From positions 1,440,001 to 1,472,000 of the forward strand of contig LT962688.1 of NCBI GenBank assembly GCA_900234795.1: DNA of 32,000 bases. The letters run 5' to 3'. This document shows, one piece after another, positions 16,516-24,854 of this stretch. Numbering within the stretch: the first letter of the stretch is position 1; every line of letters starts with the position of its first letter. The position numbers were made by a program, and so were the translations under genes. Source of the DNA: Methylorubrum extorquens (GTDB lineage: Bacteria > Pseudomonadota > Alphaproteobacteria > Rhizobiales > Beijerinckiaceae). Below the pieces are notes generated by a model that worked only from the letters and a program-made list of their open reading frames with translations, had not been told where the DNA came from and did no database searches.

Positions 16516-19500
16516 TCACTCGGCGGCCACCCCTCCGCGGCCGAGACCGGCGGCGTTGGCGGGCGGACCCGGACGATACGCGTCGTCTTCTTCCTCCGGC
16601 TCGTCCGCCCCGCCGACGAAGCGGCCGAACAGGCGCACGAACAGCCGCGACAGGTCGTCGACGAGCAGGAAGATCGCCGGCACGAAGACGAGCGATAGGC
16701 CCGTCGAGACGATGAGCCCGCCGATCACCGCCACCGCCATCGGTGCGCGGAACTCGCCGCCGATCCCGAGCGCGAGGGCCGACGGCACCATGCCGGCGGC
16801 CATGGCGATGGTGGTCATCACGATGGGGCGCGCCCGCTTGCGCCCGGCATCGACGATGGCGGTGACGCGATCGACGCCGCGCGCCATCTCCTCGATGGCG
16901 AAATCGACCAGCATGATCGCGTTCTTCGTCACCACGCCCATCAGCATCAGGATGCCGATTACCACCGGCATCGAGATCGGCATGTGGAAGACGAGCAGCC
17001 CCAGTATCGCCCCGCCGATGGAGAGCGGCAGCGAGAACAGGATCGTGAGCGGCTGGAGGAAGTTGCCGAACAGCAGCACGAGGACGCCGAACACCATCAT
17101 CAGCCCGGCGCCCATGGCCAGCGCGAAGCCTTCGAACACCTCGCCCATCACCTCGGCGTCGCCGGTCTGGCGGATGGTGACGCCCTCGGGCAGGTTCGTG
17201 GCGGCGGGCAGGGCCATCACCTGCTCGATGATCGAGCCGAGCGCGTCCGAGCCCTGGAGATCGCCCTCGACGGCGACGCGCACGGTGCGGTCGTAGCGGT
17301 CGATGGCGGTGGGGCCGCGCCCCAGCGTCAGGTCGGCCACGGTGGCGAGCGGCACCGCGGCGCCGGCCTTCACCGGCACCTTCAGGCTGGCGATCTCGGG
17401 CAATTGTCCGCGCAGCCGCTCGGGCAGCATCACCCGGATCGGGACCTGCCGGTCCTTGGCGTTGAACTTGGCGAGGTTGGCGGCGATGTCGCCGATGGTG
17501 CCCACCCGCACCGTCTCGGCGATGACGTCGGTCGAGACGCCGAGATCGGCGGCGACCCCCGCTTTCGGGGTGATGCGGATCTCGGTGCGGTCCAGCGGCG
17601 CGGTCGAGATCACGTTGACGAGGTGGGGGACGCCCGCGGCCTCGCGCTGGAGACGGGCGGCCACATCCGCGACCACGGCCTTGTCGGGGCCCGAGACGAT
17701 CAGCGCGAATTCCCGCTGCCCGCCCTCCTGCAGCGACCAGAAGCGGATGTCGGGGACCTGCCGCAGGACGCTCGAGATCTTGAGATCGACCTGCTTCTGG
17801 GTCAGGGCGCGGTCGCTCTTCGGGGTGAGGTTCACGGTGAGGCTCGCCAGCCGCACCTCCTTCTTGCCGGGCAGCTGGCGCCCGCCATCAACGAAGACGG
17901 AGCGGACCTCGGGCATCTGGCGGAGGGTCTCGACGAGGCCGTCGGAGAGGCGCTGCGTGTCGTCGAGCCGGGCGCCGGGGGGCAACTCGACCACGAACAT
18001 CGTGCGCGCCGCGTCCTCCGCCGGAATGAAGCCCGCGGGCAGCAGCCGGGTCGAGGCGATCGAGCCGGCAAAGCAGGCGAGGCCGAGGATCAGCGTCAGG
18101 TACTTGTGCCGCACCGACCACGCGACGAGGCGGGTATAGGCCCGCATCACCAGACCCTCGCGCTCGTGGTCCGGACCGTGGTCTCGCAGGAAGTAGGCGG
18201 CGAGCAGCGGCGTGATGAGGCGCGCGACGAGCAGCGACACGAACACGGCCGCCGCGATGGTGAGCCCGAACTGCTTGAAGTACTGGCCGGCGATGCCGGG
18301 CATGAAGGAGACGGGGGCGAAGATCGCGATGATGGTCGCGGTGATGGCGATGACCGCGAGCCCGATCTCGTCGGCGGCTTCGAGCGCCGCGCGGTAGGCG
18401 GATTTGCCCATCCGCATGTGGCGGACGATGTTCTCGATCTCGACAATGGCGTCATCGACGAGGATGCCGGTCACCAGCGTGATCGCGAGCAGGCTGACCG
18501 CGTTGAGCGAGAAGCCGAGGGCACTCATCACCCAGAAGGTCGGCAGCACCGAGAGCGGCAGCGCCACCGCCGCAATCAGGGTGGCGCGCCAATCCCGCAG
18601 GAACAGGAACACCACGATCACGGCGAGGGCGGCGCCCTCCAGCAGGCCCATCATCGCCGAGTGGTAGTTGCCGATGGTGTTGACGACGCTGGTGTCGATC
18701 AGGTCGAAGCGCACGCCCGGATTCTCGGCGTGCAGATCCTCGATGCGCTTGGCCACGGCGACCGCGACCTCAGCGTCGCTCGCCCCCATCGCCCGGGAGA
18801 TGGCAAATCCCACCACCGGCTCGCCGTTGAAGCGGGCGAAGGTGCGCGGCTCTTCGGCCGCGTCCATCAGGCTCGCCAACTCGTCGAGGCGGACCTTGCG
18901 CCCGCCCGGCACGACGATGGAGGTGGCCCCCAGCGTCTCCAGGCTCGCCGAGGCGCCGAGCGTGCGGATTGACTGCTCGCCGCCCGCGAGTTCGCCGCGC
19001 CCGCCGGCCATGTCGGCGGAGGTGAGGCGCAATTGCCGGTTCACGTCCGCCGCGGTGATGCCGAGCGCGAGCAGGCGGTCGGGCTTGAGGGTCACGCGGA
19101 TCTCGCGGGCCACGCCGCCGAGGCGCTCGACGCCGCCCACCCCCTTCACGCCCTGGAGCTGGCGCGCCACCACGTCGTCGACGAACCACGACAGGTCTTC
19201 GGGCGTCATCGCCGGAGCGGACGCGCCGTAGATCATGATCGGCAAGCCGGCGATCTCGACGCGGCTGATGATCGGCTCGTCGATGGTGCGCGGCAGGTTG
19301 ATGCGGATCTTCGAGATCGCGTCCTTCACGTCGTTGACGGCGCGGTCCTGGTTCACCTCCAGGCGGAACTCGATCGTGGTGATCGAGGCGCCCTCCGAGA
19401 TGGTCGAGAGGATGTGCTTGACCCCCTTCACCCCGGCCACCGAATCCTCGACCCATTTCGTGACCTGGGTCTGCAACTCGGACGGGGCGGCGCCCGATTG

Positions 19501-19656
19501 CGTGACCGTCACCGAGACGATCGGGATGTCGATATTGGGAAACCGGGTGATCGGCAGGGCGCGGAAGCTGACGAGGCCGAGCACCATCAGCACGAGGAAC
19601 AGGACGAGGGAAGGGATCGGCTTGCGGATCGCCCAGGCCGAGACGTTGAGGCGCAT
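16516..19656 (-). CDS. RND-family efflux transporter permease (AcrB/HAE1-like)
   Basis: ATG at 19656 inside ORF 16516-19911, giving 1046 aa. N-terminus MRLNVSAWAIRKPIPSLVLFLVLMVLGLVSFRALPITRFPNIDIP is typical of AcrB-type pumps, with 12-TM architecture and two large periplasmic loops. Confidence 0.95.
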   Translation of the reverse strand: MRLNVSAWAIRKPIPSLVLFLVLMVLGLVSFRALPITRFPNIDIPIVSVTVTQSGAAPSELQTQVTKWVEDSVAGVKGVKHILSTISEGASITTIEFRLEVNQDRAVNDVKDAISKIRINLPRTIDEPIISRVEIAGLPIMIYGASAPAMTPEDLSWFVDDVVARQLQGVKGVGGVERLGGVAREIRVTLKPDRLLALGITAADVNRQLRLTSADMAGGRGELAGGEQSIRTLGASASLETLGATSIVVPGGRKVRLDELASLMDAAEEPRTFARFNGEPVVGFAISRAMGASDAEVAVAVAKRIEDLHAENPGVRFDLIDTSVVNTIGNYHSAMMGLLEGAALAVIVVFLFLRDWRATLIAAVALPLSVLPTFWVMSALGFSLNAVSLLAITLVTGILVDDAIVEIENIVRHMRMGKSAYRAALEAADEIGLAVIAITATIIAIFAPVSFMPGIAGQYFKQFGLTIAAAVFVSLLVARLITPLLAAYFLRDHGPDHEREGLVMRAYTRLVAWSVRHKYLTLILGLACFAGSIASTRLLPAGFIPAEDAARTMFVVELPPGARLDDTQRLSDGLVETLRQMPEVRSVFVDGGRQLPGKKEVRLASLTVNLTPKSDRALTQKQVDLKISSVLRQVPDIRFWSLQEGGQREFALIVSGPDKAVVADVAARLQREAAGVPHLVNVISTAPLDRTEIRITPKAGVAADLGVSTDVIAETVRVGTIGDIAANLAKFNAKDRQVPIRVMLPERLRGQLPEIASLKVPVKAGAAVPLATVADLTLGRGPTAIDRYDRTVRVAVEGDLQGSDALGSIIEQVMALPAATNLPEGVTIRQTGDAEVMGEVFEGFALAMGAGLMMVFGVLVLLFGNFLQPLTILFSLPLSIGGAILGLLVFHMPISMPVVIGILMLMGVVTKNAIMLVDFAIEEMARGVDRVTAIVDAGRKRARPIVMTTIAMAAGMVPSALALGIGGEFRAPMAVAVIGGLIVSTGLSLVFVPAIFLLVDDLSRLFVRLFGRFVGGADEPEEEDDAYRPGPPANAAGLGRGGVAAE

Positions 19657-19666
19657 GCGATGATCC

Positions 19667-20890
19667 TCAGCGGGCCGCGGCCGCCCGGGCCGTCGGCGGG
19701 ACGGGCCGCACCCGGTCGCCGTCGCGCAGGAACGAGCCGGCGCGGGCGACCACCGCCTCCCCCGCCGCGATGCCGGAGCGCAGTTCGGTGAAGCCTTCGG
19801 CCGAGAGGCCGGTCTCGACCCCGCGGGCGGAGACGCGGCCGTCGGCAACCGCGAGAACGCTCGCCGAGCCGTCGGCGGCGTAGAGCACGGCGGCGAGCGG
19901 CACCGCCACACCCTCGCGCCGGGCGACCTCGACCCGGCCGCGGGCGAAGGCGCCGATATGCAGCGCCGGGTCGGCGTCCAGGCGGATGCGGACCCGACCG
20001 AGGCGCGTCGCCCGATCGACCTCGGGATAGACCCGGCGCACGGCGCCTTGCGTCACGCGCCCGTCCTCCCATTCGAGCCGCGCCGGGGCGTCGGCTCGGA
20101 GCCGCGGCAGGGCGGATTCCGGCACCTCGCCCTCCAGCTCGATCTCGCCGCGGGCGATCAGGCGGAACAGCGGCTCGCCGACCGCGCTCGCGGTGGCGCC
20201 GACCCGGGCCGTGCGGCGGCTGACGATCCCGGCCTCCGGCGCGCGGATCTCGGTGCGGGCCCGGCGCAGGCCGATCTCGCGCCCCTGCGCCCGCGCCGCG
20301 GCCAGATCCGCCTCGGCCAGCGCCAGCCCGGCCCGGGCCGCCTCGAGCCGGCCGTCGGCACCCTGCGCCGCCGAGACCCGCTGTTCCAGGGTGACGGCGG
20401 TGGCGTTGCCGGTCCGCACCAGCGCCTGCGCCCGCTCCAGGGCTTGGCGCGCCTCGGTCTGGGCCGCCTGCACCTGAACGATCTGGCTCTTCGCCTGGAG
20501 GATGGCGGCCTCCGCCTTCGCGGTGGCCGCGAGGTTGGCGGCCTCCTGTGTCTCGATCATCTCCAGCGAGAGCCGCGCCAGCACCGCACCGCGCTCGACC
20601 CGGTCGCCCTCCTCGACGAGCAGCGCGACGATGCGCAGGCCCTCGACCTCGGGGGCGACGAGGATCTCGTCGCGGGGGACCAGCGTCCCGGTCACGACCG
20701 CCCGCTCGACGATCTCCCGGCGCTCGGCCGGGACCACGCTCACCGCGGGCAGGAGCGTAGCGGGATCGGGCACCCCGGCCGCGGGCGGCGCCTCGGCGGC
20801 GCGGGCCGGCGGGGTCGCGACGAGGAGGGCGGCGAGGCACGCCGCAGCGGGACGGAAGAGCAAACGGGCCGGCATCGCGAATCGCCTCAT
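19667..20890 (-). CDS. efflux RND periplasmic adaptor (membrane fusion protein, HlyD family)
   Basis: Start at ATG 20890 (alternative 20875). Signal peptide MRRFAMPARLLFRPAAACLAALLVATPPARA, a coiled-coil hairpin (EAAILQAKSQIVQVQAAQTEARQALERAQAL...) and beta-barrel domains. The stop lies 10 nt before the RND start, so this is an operon. Confidence 0.9.
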   Translation of the reverse strand: MRRFAMPARLLFRPAAACLAALLVATPPARAAEAPPAAGVPDPATLLPAVSVVPAERREIVERAVVTGTLVPRDEILVAPEVEGLRIVALLVEEGDRVERGAVLARLSLEMIETQEAANLAATAKAEAAILQAKSQIVQVQAAQTEARQALERAQALVRTGNATAVTLEQRVSAAQGADGRLEAARAGLALAEADLAAARAQGREIGLRRARTEIRAPEAGIVSRRTARVGATASAVGEPLFRLIARGEIELEGEVPESALPRLRADAPARLEWEDGRVTQGAVRRVYPEVDRATRLGRVRIRLDADPALHIGAFARGRVEVARREGVAVPLAAVLYAADGSASVLAVADGRVSARGVETGLSAEGFTELRSGIAAGEAVVARAGSFLRDGDRVRPVPPTARAAAAR

Positions 20891-21157
20891 GGGGCGCGCC
20901 GATGCGCCGCAGCCTGCTTTCCGCGGCGCAACCGGCGATTTCGTGGCGAATGGGGTAGCAAACCCATCCCCGGTCGAAGCCTGTGCGCGTTGCCGCAGGC
21001 GAATGAGACCGGCGGCCAGTCCCCGAGGTCCGTCGGTCCCGAGACGCGGCGGACGCCTCCTCGCTTCGCTCAAGGTTTCGCCGGAGCGTTCGTGTGCAAC
21101 CGGGACAGCTGCGCCGGGTTACCCCGTCAAGAGATTCACGACGACGGACGGTTCACG

Positions 21158-21340
21158 ATGAGCATCTTCCAGATCCGGCAGAAGACGAGCGGCGCGATCC
21201 TTTGGACCGGCAGTGCCGAGGACGAGCGCACCGCCCTCGACGCCATGGCCCGCGAGGCCGGCCATGCCGATTCCTCCGCCCTCCCCGACAGCGTGCGGGC
21301 GGCGGGCTTCGAAGCGGCGAGACTCGACCTGATCTCCTGA
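21158..21340 (+). CDS. small hypothetical protein (60 aa)
   Basis: This is the terminal part of track ORF 19958-21340. From ATG 21158 the GC3 bias is high (MSIFQIRQKTSGAILWTGSAEDERTALDAMAREAGHADSSALPDSVRAAGFEAARLDLIS). An intrinsic-terminator-like hairpin follows 35 nt after the stop. The SD is weak. Confidence 0.45.
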   Translation: MSIFQIRQKTSGAILWTGSAEDERTALDAMAREAGHADSSALPDSVRAAGFEAARLDLIS

Positions 21341-21374
21341 AATCCGTCCGGCATCTCCGACATCATCCGCGACC

Positions 21375-21408
21375 AGGGGCGTCCGCCATGCGGGCGCCCC
21401 TTTCGATT
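21375..21408 (+). terminator. probable Rho-independent terminator
   Basis: AGGGGCGTCCGC / GCGGGCGCCCCT stem (one mismatch) with loop CAT, followed by TTCGATT. Confidence 0.5.
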
Positions 21409-21491
21409 CGGACGTCGCACACGCGGAAACCATCTCAGAGTGCCTCACAAAACTCCCGATCGCGGCACAGCGGGCGTTTTGTGAGAGACAC

Positions 21492-22718
21492 TCAGGCGCA
21501 GCAGCCACCTTGCGCGGACACTTGCGTCGCCGCCCCCGGCCCGGATCGATCCGGAACCCGCTCCGCGACCGGCTCCAGGCGGCGGGCCTGGAGGCGGTCG
21601 CGGCCATGGGCCTTGGCCTCGTAGAGCGCCGTGTCGGCGAGCGCCATCAGGGTGTCGAGCCCGGCCGGGCCGCCGCTGAACAGGGCGGCGCCGAGGCTGA
21701 CCGTGGCGCCGGTGGGCAGGCCCCGGCCGCTCTCGCGGGCCATGCGGTCACGGATCGCCGCGCCGAGCACGGATGCCGCCGCCTCGTCGAGGCCGGGCAC
21801 CAAGATCACGAACTCGTCCCCGCCGAGCCGTGCCAGGATCGCGTGGCGCGGCAGGCAGGCCTCCAGCACGCCGGTGAGCGCCACGAGGATGCGGTCGCCG
21901 ACGGCATGGCCGAAGCTGTCGTTGACTGTCTTGAACCGGTCCACGTCGAGCAGCAGCAGGGCGCCGGACTGGCGCCCGGCGGCCATGTCCCGCAACGCCT
22001 CGGCGGCGCGGATCTCGAAGGCGCGGCGGTTGAAGGCGCCGGTGAGGGGATCGCGCTCGGCGAGCGCCGTCATCGCCTCCTCCCGGCGGCGGCGCACCGC
22101 GGCGGCCATCAGCAGCGCGAGCAGCATCTCGACGAGAATGCCCTCGAACAGCGAGACCTGGATCAGCACGCCCTTGAAGCCGACGAGGCTGACGAAGGCG
22201 CCGGGCACGGGCACGAGCAGCGCCTTGACGGCGTAGAAGGTGCCGTGGGCGAGGAAGACGGCGCCGAGCGCGTCGGAGGCGGCGGTGCGCTCCGGGAAGG
22301 GCGTGCCGGCCCGCGACAGCAGGAGATGGGCGGCCCGCAGGGCGGCAAGGGCGACGAGGCCGGAATTGGTCATCGCGAAGGCCGGGGTCGGGTCGATCCC
22401 CGCCGGCAGGAGCAGGAGCCCGGCCCAGGCCAGCAGCAGGCCCCACCAGAGCGGTGCGATCCGGCGCCCGGTGAAGCGGGCCGTGCCGAAGAGGAACAGG
22501 AGGTGGGCGACGACGAGCAGGCCGTTGGCGAACCAGACCCCGACGAGGAAGGAGGCGGCGCGGACCGGCGAGAGCGAGCAGCCGAGGACGATCGTGGCGA
22601 AGCCCGCGCTCCACAGCAGCAGCGCGGGGTTGCGCAGGATCCGCCACTCGACGGCCAGGAAGCCCGCAGCGGCGGCGGCCGCGGCAAGGCTCATGACCAG
22701 CATGGTGACCACATCCAT
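21492..22718 (-). CDS. membrane-anchored diguanylate cyclase (GGDEF domain)
   Basis: ATG at 22718 (the track start 22766 is TTG). The first ~200 aa contain multiple TM helices. The C-terminal GGDEF domain reads DPLTGAFNRRAFE, LLLLDVDRFKTVNDSFGHAVGD, ARLGGDEFVIL. The residues five positions upstream of GGDEF read RHAI rather than RxxD, so there is no canonical I-site. Confidence 0.9.
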   Translation of the reverse strand: MDVVTMLVMSLAAAAAAAGFLAVEWRILRNPALLLWSAGFATIVLGCSLSPVRAASFLVGVWFANGLLVVAHLLFLFGTARFTGRRIAPLWWGLLLAWAGLLLLPAGIDPTPAFAMTNSGLVALAALRAAHLLLSRAGTPFPERTAASDALGAVFLAHGTFYAVKALLVPVPGAFVSLVGFKGVLIQVSLFEGILVEMLLALLMAAAVRRRREEAMTALAERDPLTGAFNRRAFEIRAAEALRDMAAGRQSGALLLLDVDRFKTVNDSFGHAVGDRILVALTGVLEACLPRHAILARLGGDEFVILVPGLDEAAASVLGAAIRDRMARESGRGLPTGATVSLGAALFSGGPAGLDTLMALADTALYEAKAHGRDRLQARRLEPVAERVPDRSGPGAATQVSAQGGCCA

Positions 22719-22898
22719 GGCTATCTCGAACCCGCGCAACGGTGAGGTGACGCGCTTCGATAGCAACAGCCGTTGAACAAAGCGTTCCCCGGCTTGACGT
22801 TTCGGCCCATCGCCCCAGCCACACCCTTCCGGACGACGCTAGGCTGTTGTTTTCACGCCGTCTTTTACCGAGAGCCGGATGTCCGCTTTCGGGGCCGG

Positions 22899-23237
22899 TC
22901 AGTTCGCGTGGCTGACCCGCATGCGGTAGGCCCCGTCGGCGCTGCGCTCGAACACCTCACTGATGCCGGCATGGCGCAGGGCCTCGCCGGAGGTGTCGGG
23001 CACGAGGTTCTGCTCGGAGACGTAAGCGACGTACTCGCTGTCCGCGTTCTCGGCGAGCAGGTGGTAGAAGGGCTGGTCCTTGCGCGGCCGGACGTCCTCC
23101 GGAATCGCGAGCCACCATTCCTCGGTGTTGGCGAATTCCGGGTCCACGTCGAACACGACGCCCCGGAACGGGTAGATCCGATGCCGGACCACCGCCCCGA
23201 GGCCGAATTTGGCGGTTCTCATGCTGGTCTGGGTCAT
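22899..23237 (-). CDS. hspQ: heat-shock protein HspQ / YccV-like hemimethylated-DNA-binding domain protein
   Basis: This is the last 112 codons of track ORF 22899-23939, starting at ATG 23237: [35 protein letters not shown]...[23 protein letters not shown]. The pattern is typical of the HspQ family. Confidence 0.85.
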   Translation of the reverse strand: MTQTSMRTAKFGLGAVVRHRIYPFRGVVFDVDPEFANTEEWWLAIPEDVRPRKDQPFYHLLAENADSEYVAYVSEQNLVPDTSGEALRHAGISEVFERSADGAYRMRVSHAN

Positions 23238-23296
23238 GACCGATAGATAGGCCTCGCGGCCCTTCCGTTCCAACGCAAGGCCACCATTCGCGACGA

Positions 23297-24348
23297 TCAG
23301 GGCAGATTGTAGACCTTGGCGAGATCCGGATCCTTCTCGGCCACGAGCCGGGCGAGATCGACGATGACCTTGGCCTGCTTCCAGGTGGCGTCGTCCTGCA
23401 TCTTGCCGTCGATCATCACCGCGCCGGTGCCGTCGGGCATCGCCTCGACGATGCGGGAGGCGAAGTTCACCTCGGCCGGGTCGGGGGGCGAACACGGTCT
23501 TGGCCAGGGCGACTTGGCTCGGATGCAGGGTCCAGGCGCCGGCGCAGCCCATCAGGAAGGCGTTGCGGAACTGCACCTCGCAGGCGGCCGAGTCGGAGAA
23601 GTCGCCGAACGGGCCGTAGAACGCCTTGATGCCGTTGGCCATGCAGGCATCGACCATCTTGGCGATGGTGTAGTGCCACAGATCCTGCTGGGCGGACGCC
23701 CGCTCGGCATCGCCCTTGGGATCGGACAGGACGCGGTAATCCGGGTGGCCGCCGCCAACGCGGGTGGTCTTCATGCCGCGGGAGGCCGCGAGATCGGCGG
23801 GTCCGAGGCTCATGCCGTGCATGCGCGGCGAGGCGGAGGCGATGGCGTCGACGTTGGCCACGCCTTCCGCGGTCTCGAGGATGGCGTGAACGAGGATCGG
23901 CTTCGTCACGCCGTGGCGCGCCTCGAGCTGGGCCAGCAACTGGTCGATGTAGTGGATGTCCCAGGGGGCCCTCGACCTTCGGCACCATCACCACGTCGAG
24001 CTTCGCGCCGACCTCGGCGACGATGGTGAACAGGTCGTCGAGGATCCAGGGCGAGTTCAGGGCATTGATGCGCGTCCACAGGCCGGTGCCGGAGGCCGCG
24101 AAATCGGTGGCGCGGGCCATCTCGACGAAGCCCTTGCGCGCCGCCTCCTTCTGGTCGGCGGGGACCGCGTCCTCCAGGTTGCCGAGCACCACATCGACCG
24201 TCTTGGCGAGTTCGGGCACGCGGGCGCGGACCTTCTCGTTGTGCGGCGGCACGAAGTGGATCATCCGCTCGAGCTTGATCGGCAGTTCGCGGAACGGCTC
24301 GGGCGCACCCGCGGCGAGGGGCTGGAAGAAGCGGCGCGGCAGTTTCAT
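23297..24348 (-). pseudogene. mcl: HpcH/HpaI-family malyl-CoA / beta-methylmalyl-CoA lyase-like protein (~349 aa), carrying two frameshifts (probably sequencing errors)
   Basis: Three frame segments join into one protein. They read [23 protein letters not shown]...[10 protein letters not shown] | [34 protein letters not shown]...[14 protein letters not shown] | [61 protein letters not shown]. The junctions lie at G5 (23964-23968) and G6 (23483-23488) runs. Removing one base at each gives 1050 nt. From memory, the joined sequence closely resembles the ~348-aa Chloroflexus-type Mcl. Confidence 0.85.
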
Positions 24349-24854
24349 CGGCTCTCGGTCTCCGGCTGCGCGAAGGGCCGTGGCGTCGGCCCCCCGCTTA
24401 TGCCCTTGGCGTTAGAGCACGGCGCCCCCCGGCGTAAAGCCGACCTTGGTCCTGCCCTCGGCCGTGTGATCGGCCCAAGAGACAGGCGATGAGACGCGCG
24501 ATCCCCGATCCGGCGGATCGTGCGCCCGCGCACGGCACGAACCCGCTCCCGCATACGGACCCGCATCACCCATTGGCGATCCACCCGTGGAATATCCGAA
24601 AGCGAAGATTGCGTGGTGAGCCAAATCATCCGACACTTCCCAAGATTTCAGAAGTCTTCATCAAGGTCTTTCTCGTTTTCGCCGCTTCCGCCGGGATGCC
24701 AGGACAGGCGGCAAGGGTGCGCGCGGGACGAGTGAAACGGCAAAGCTTGCCCGGCGCAGCATTCGGCGCCGGGCAGTCGGGACGGAACGGACCGCCCCGA
24801 CCCGTGTTTTCCGGCCGAGGCGGGCTGTCGAACATCGTCGGGAGACGTACGTCG

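Noticed and set aside
10618-24348. Programmed ribosomal frameshifting as an explanation for the split genes
   Set aside because: There are no slippery heptamers or downstream stimulatory structures. Both +1 and -1 corrections are needed, several unrelated genes are affected, and all sites are at or beside homopolymer runs, so sequencing error is more parsimonious.
24489-24854. In-frame 122-codon N-terminal extension of the patatin-like ORF, and the overlapping minus ORFs 24345-24629 and 24412-24636
   Set aside because: GC3 is poor or mixed, there is no SD, the extension would bury the signal peptide, and ATG 24855 has a GGAG SD.
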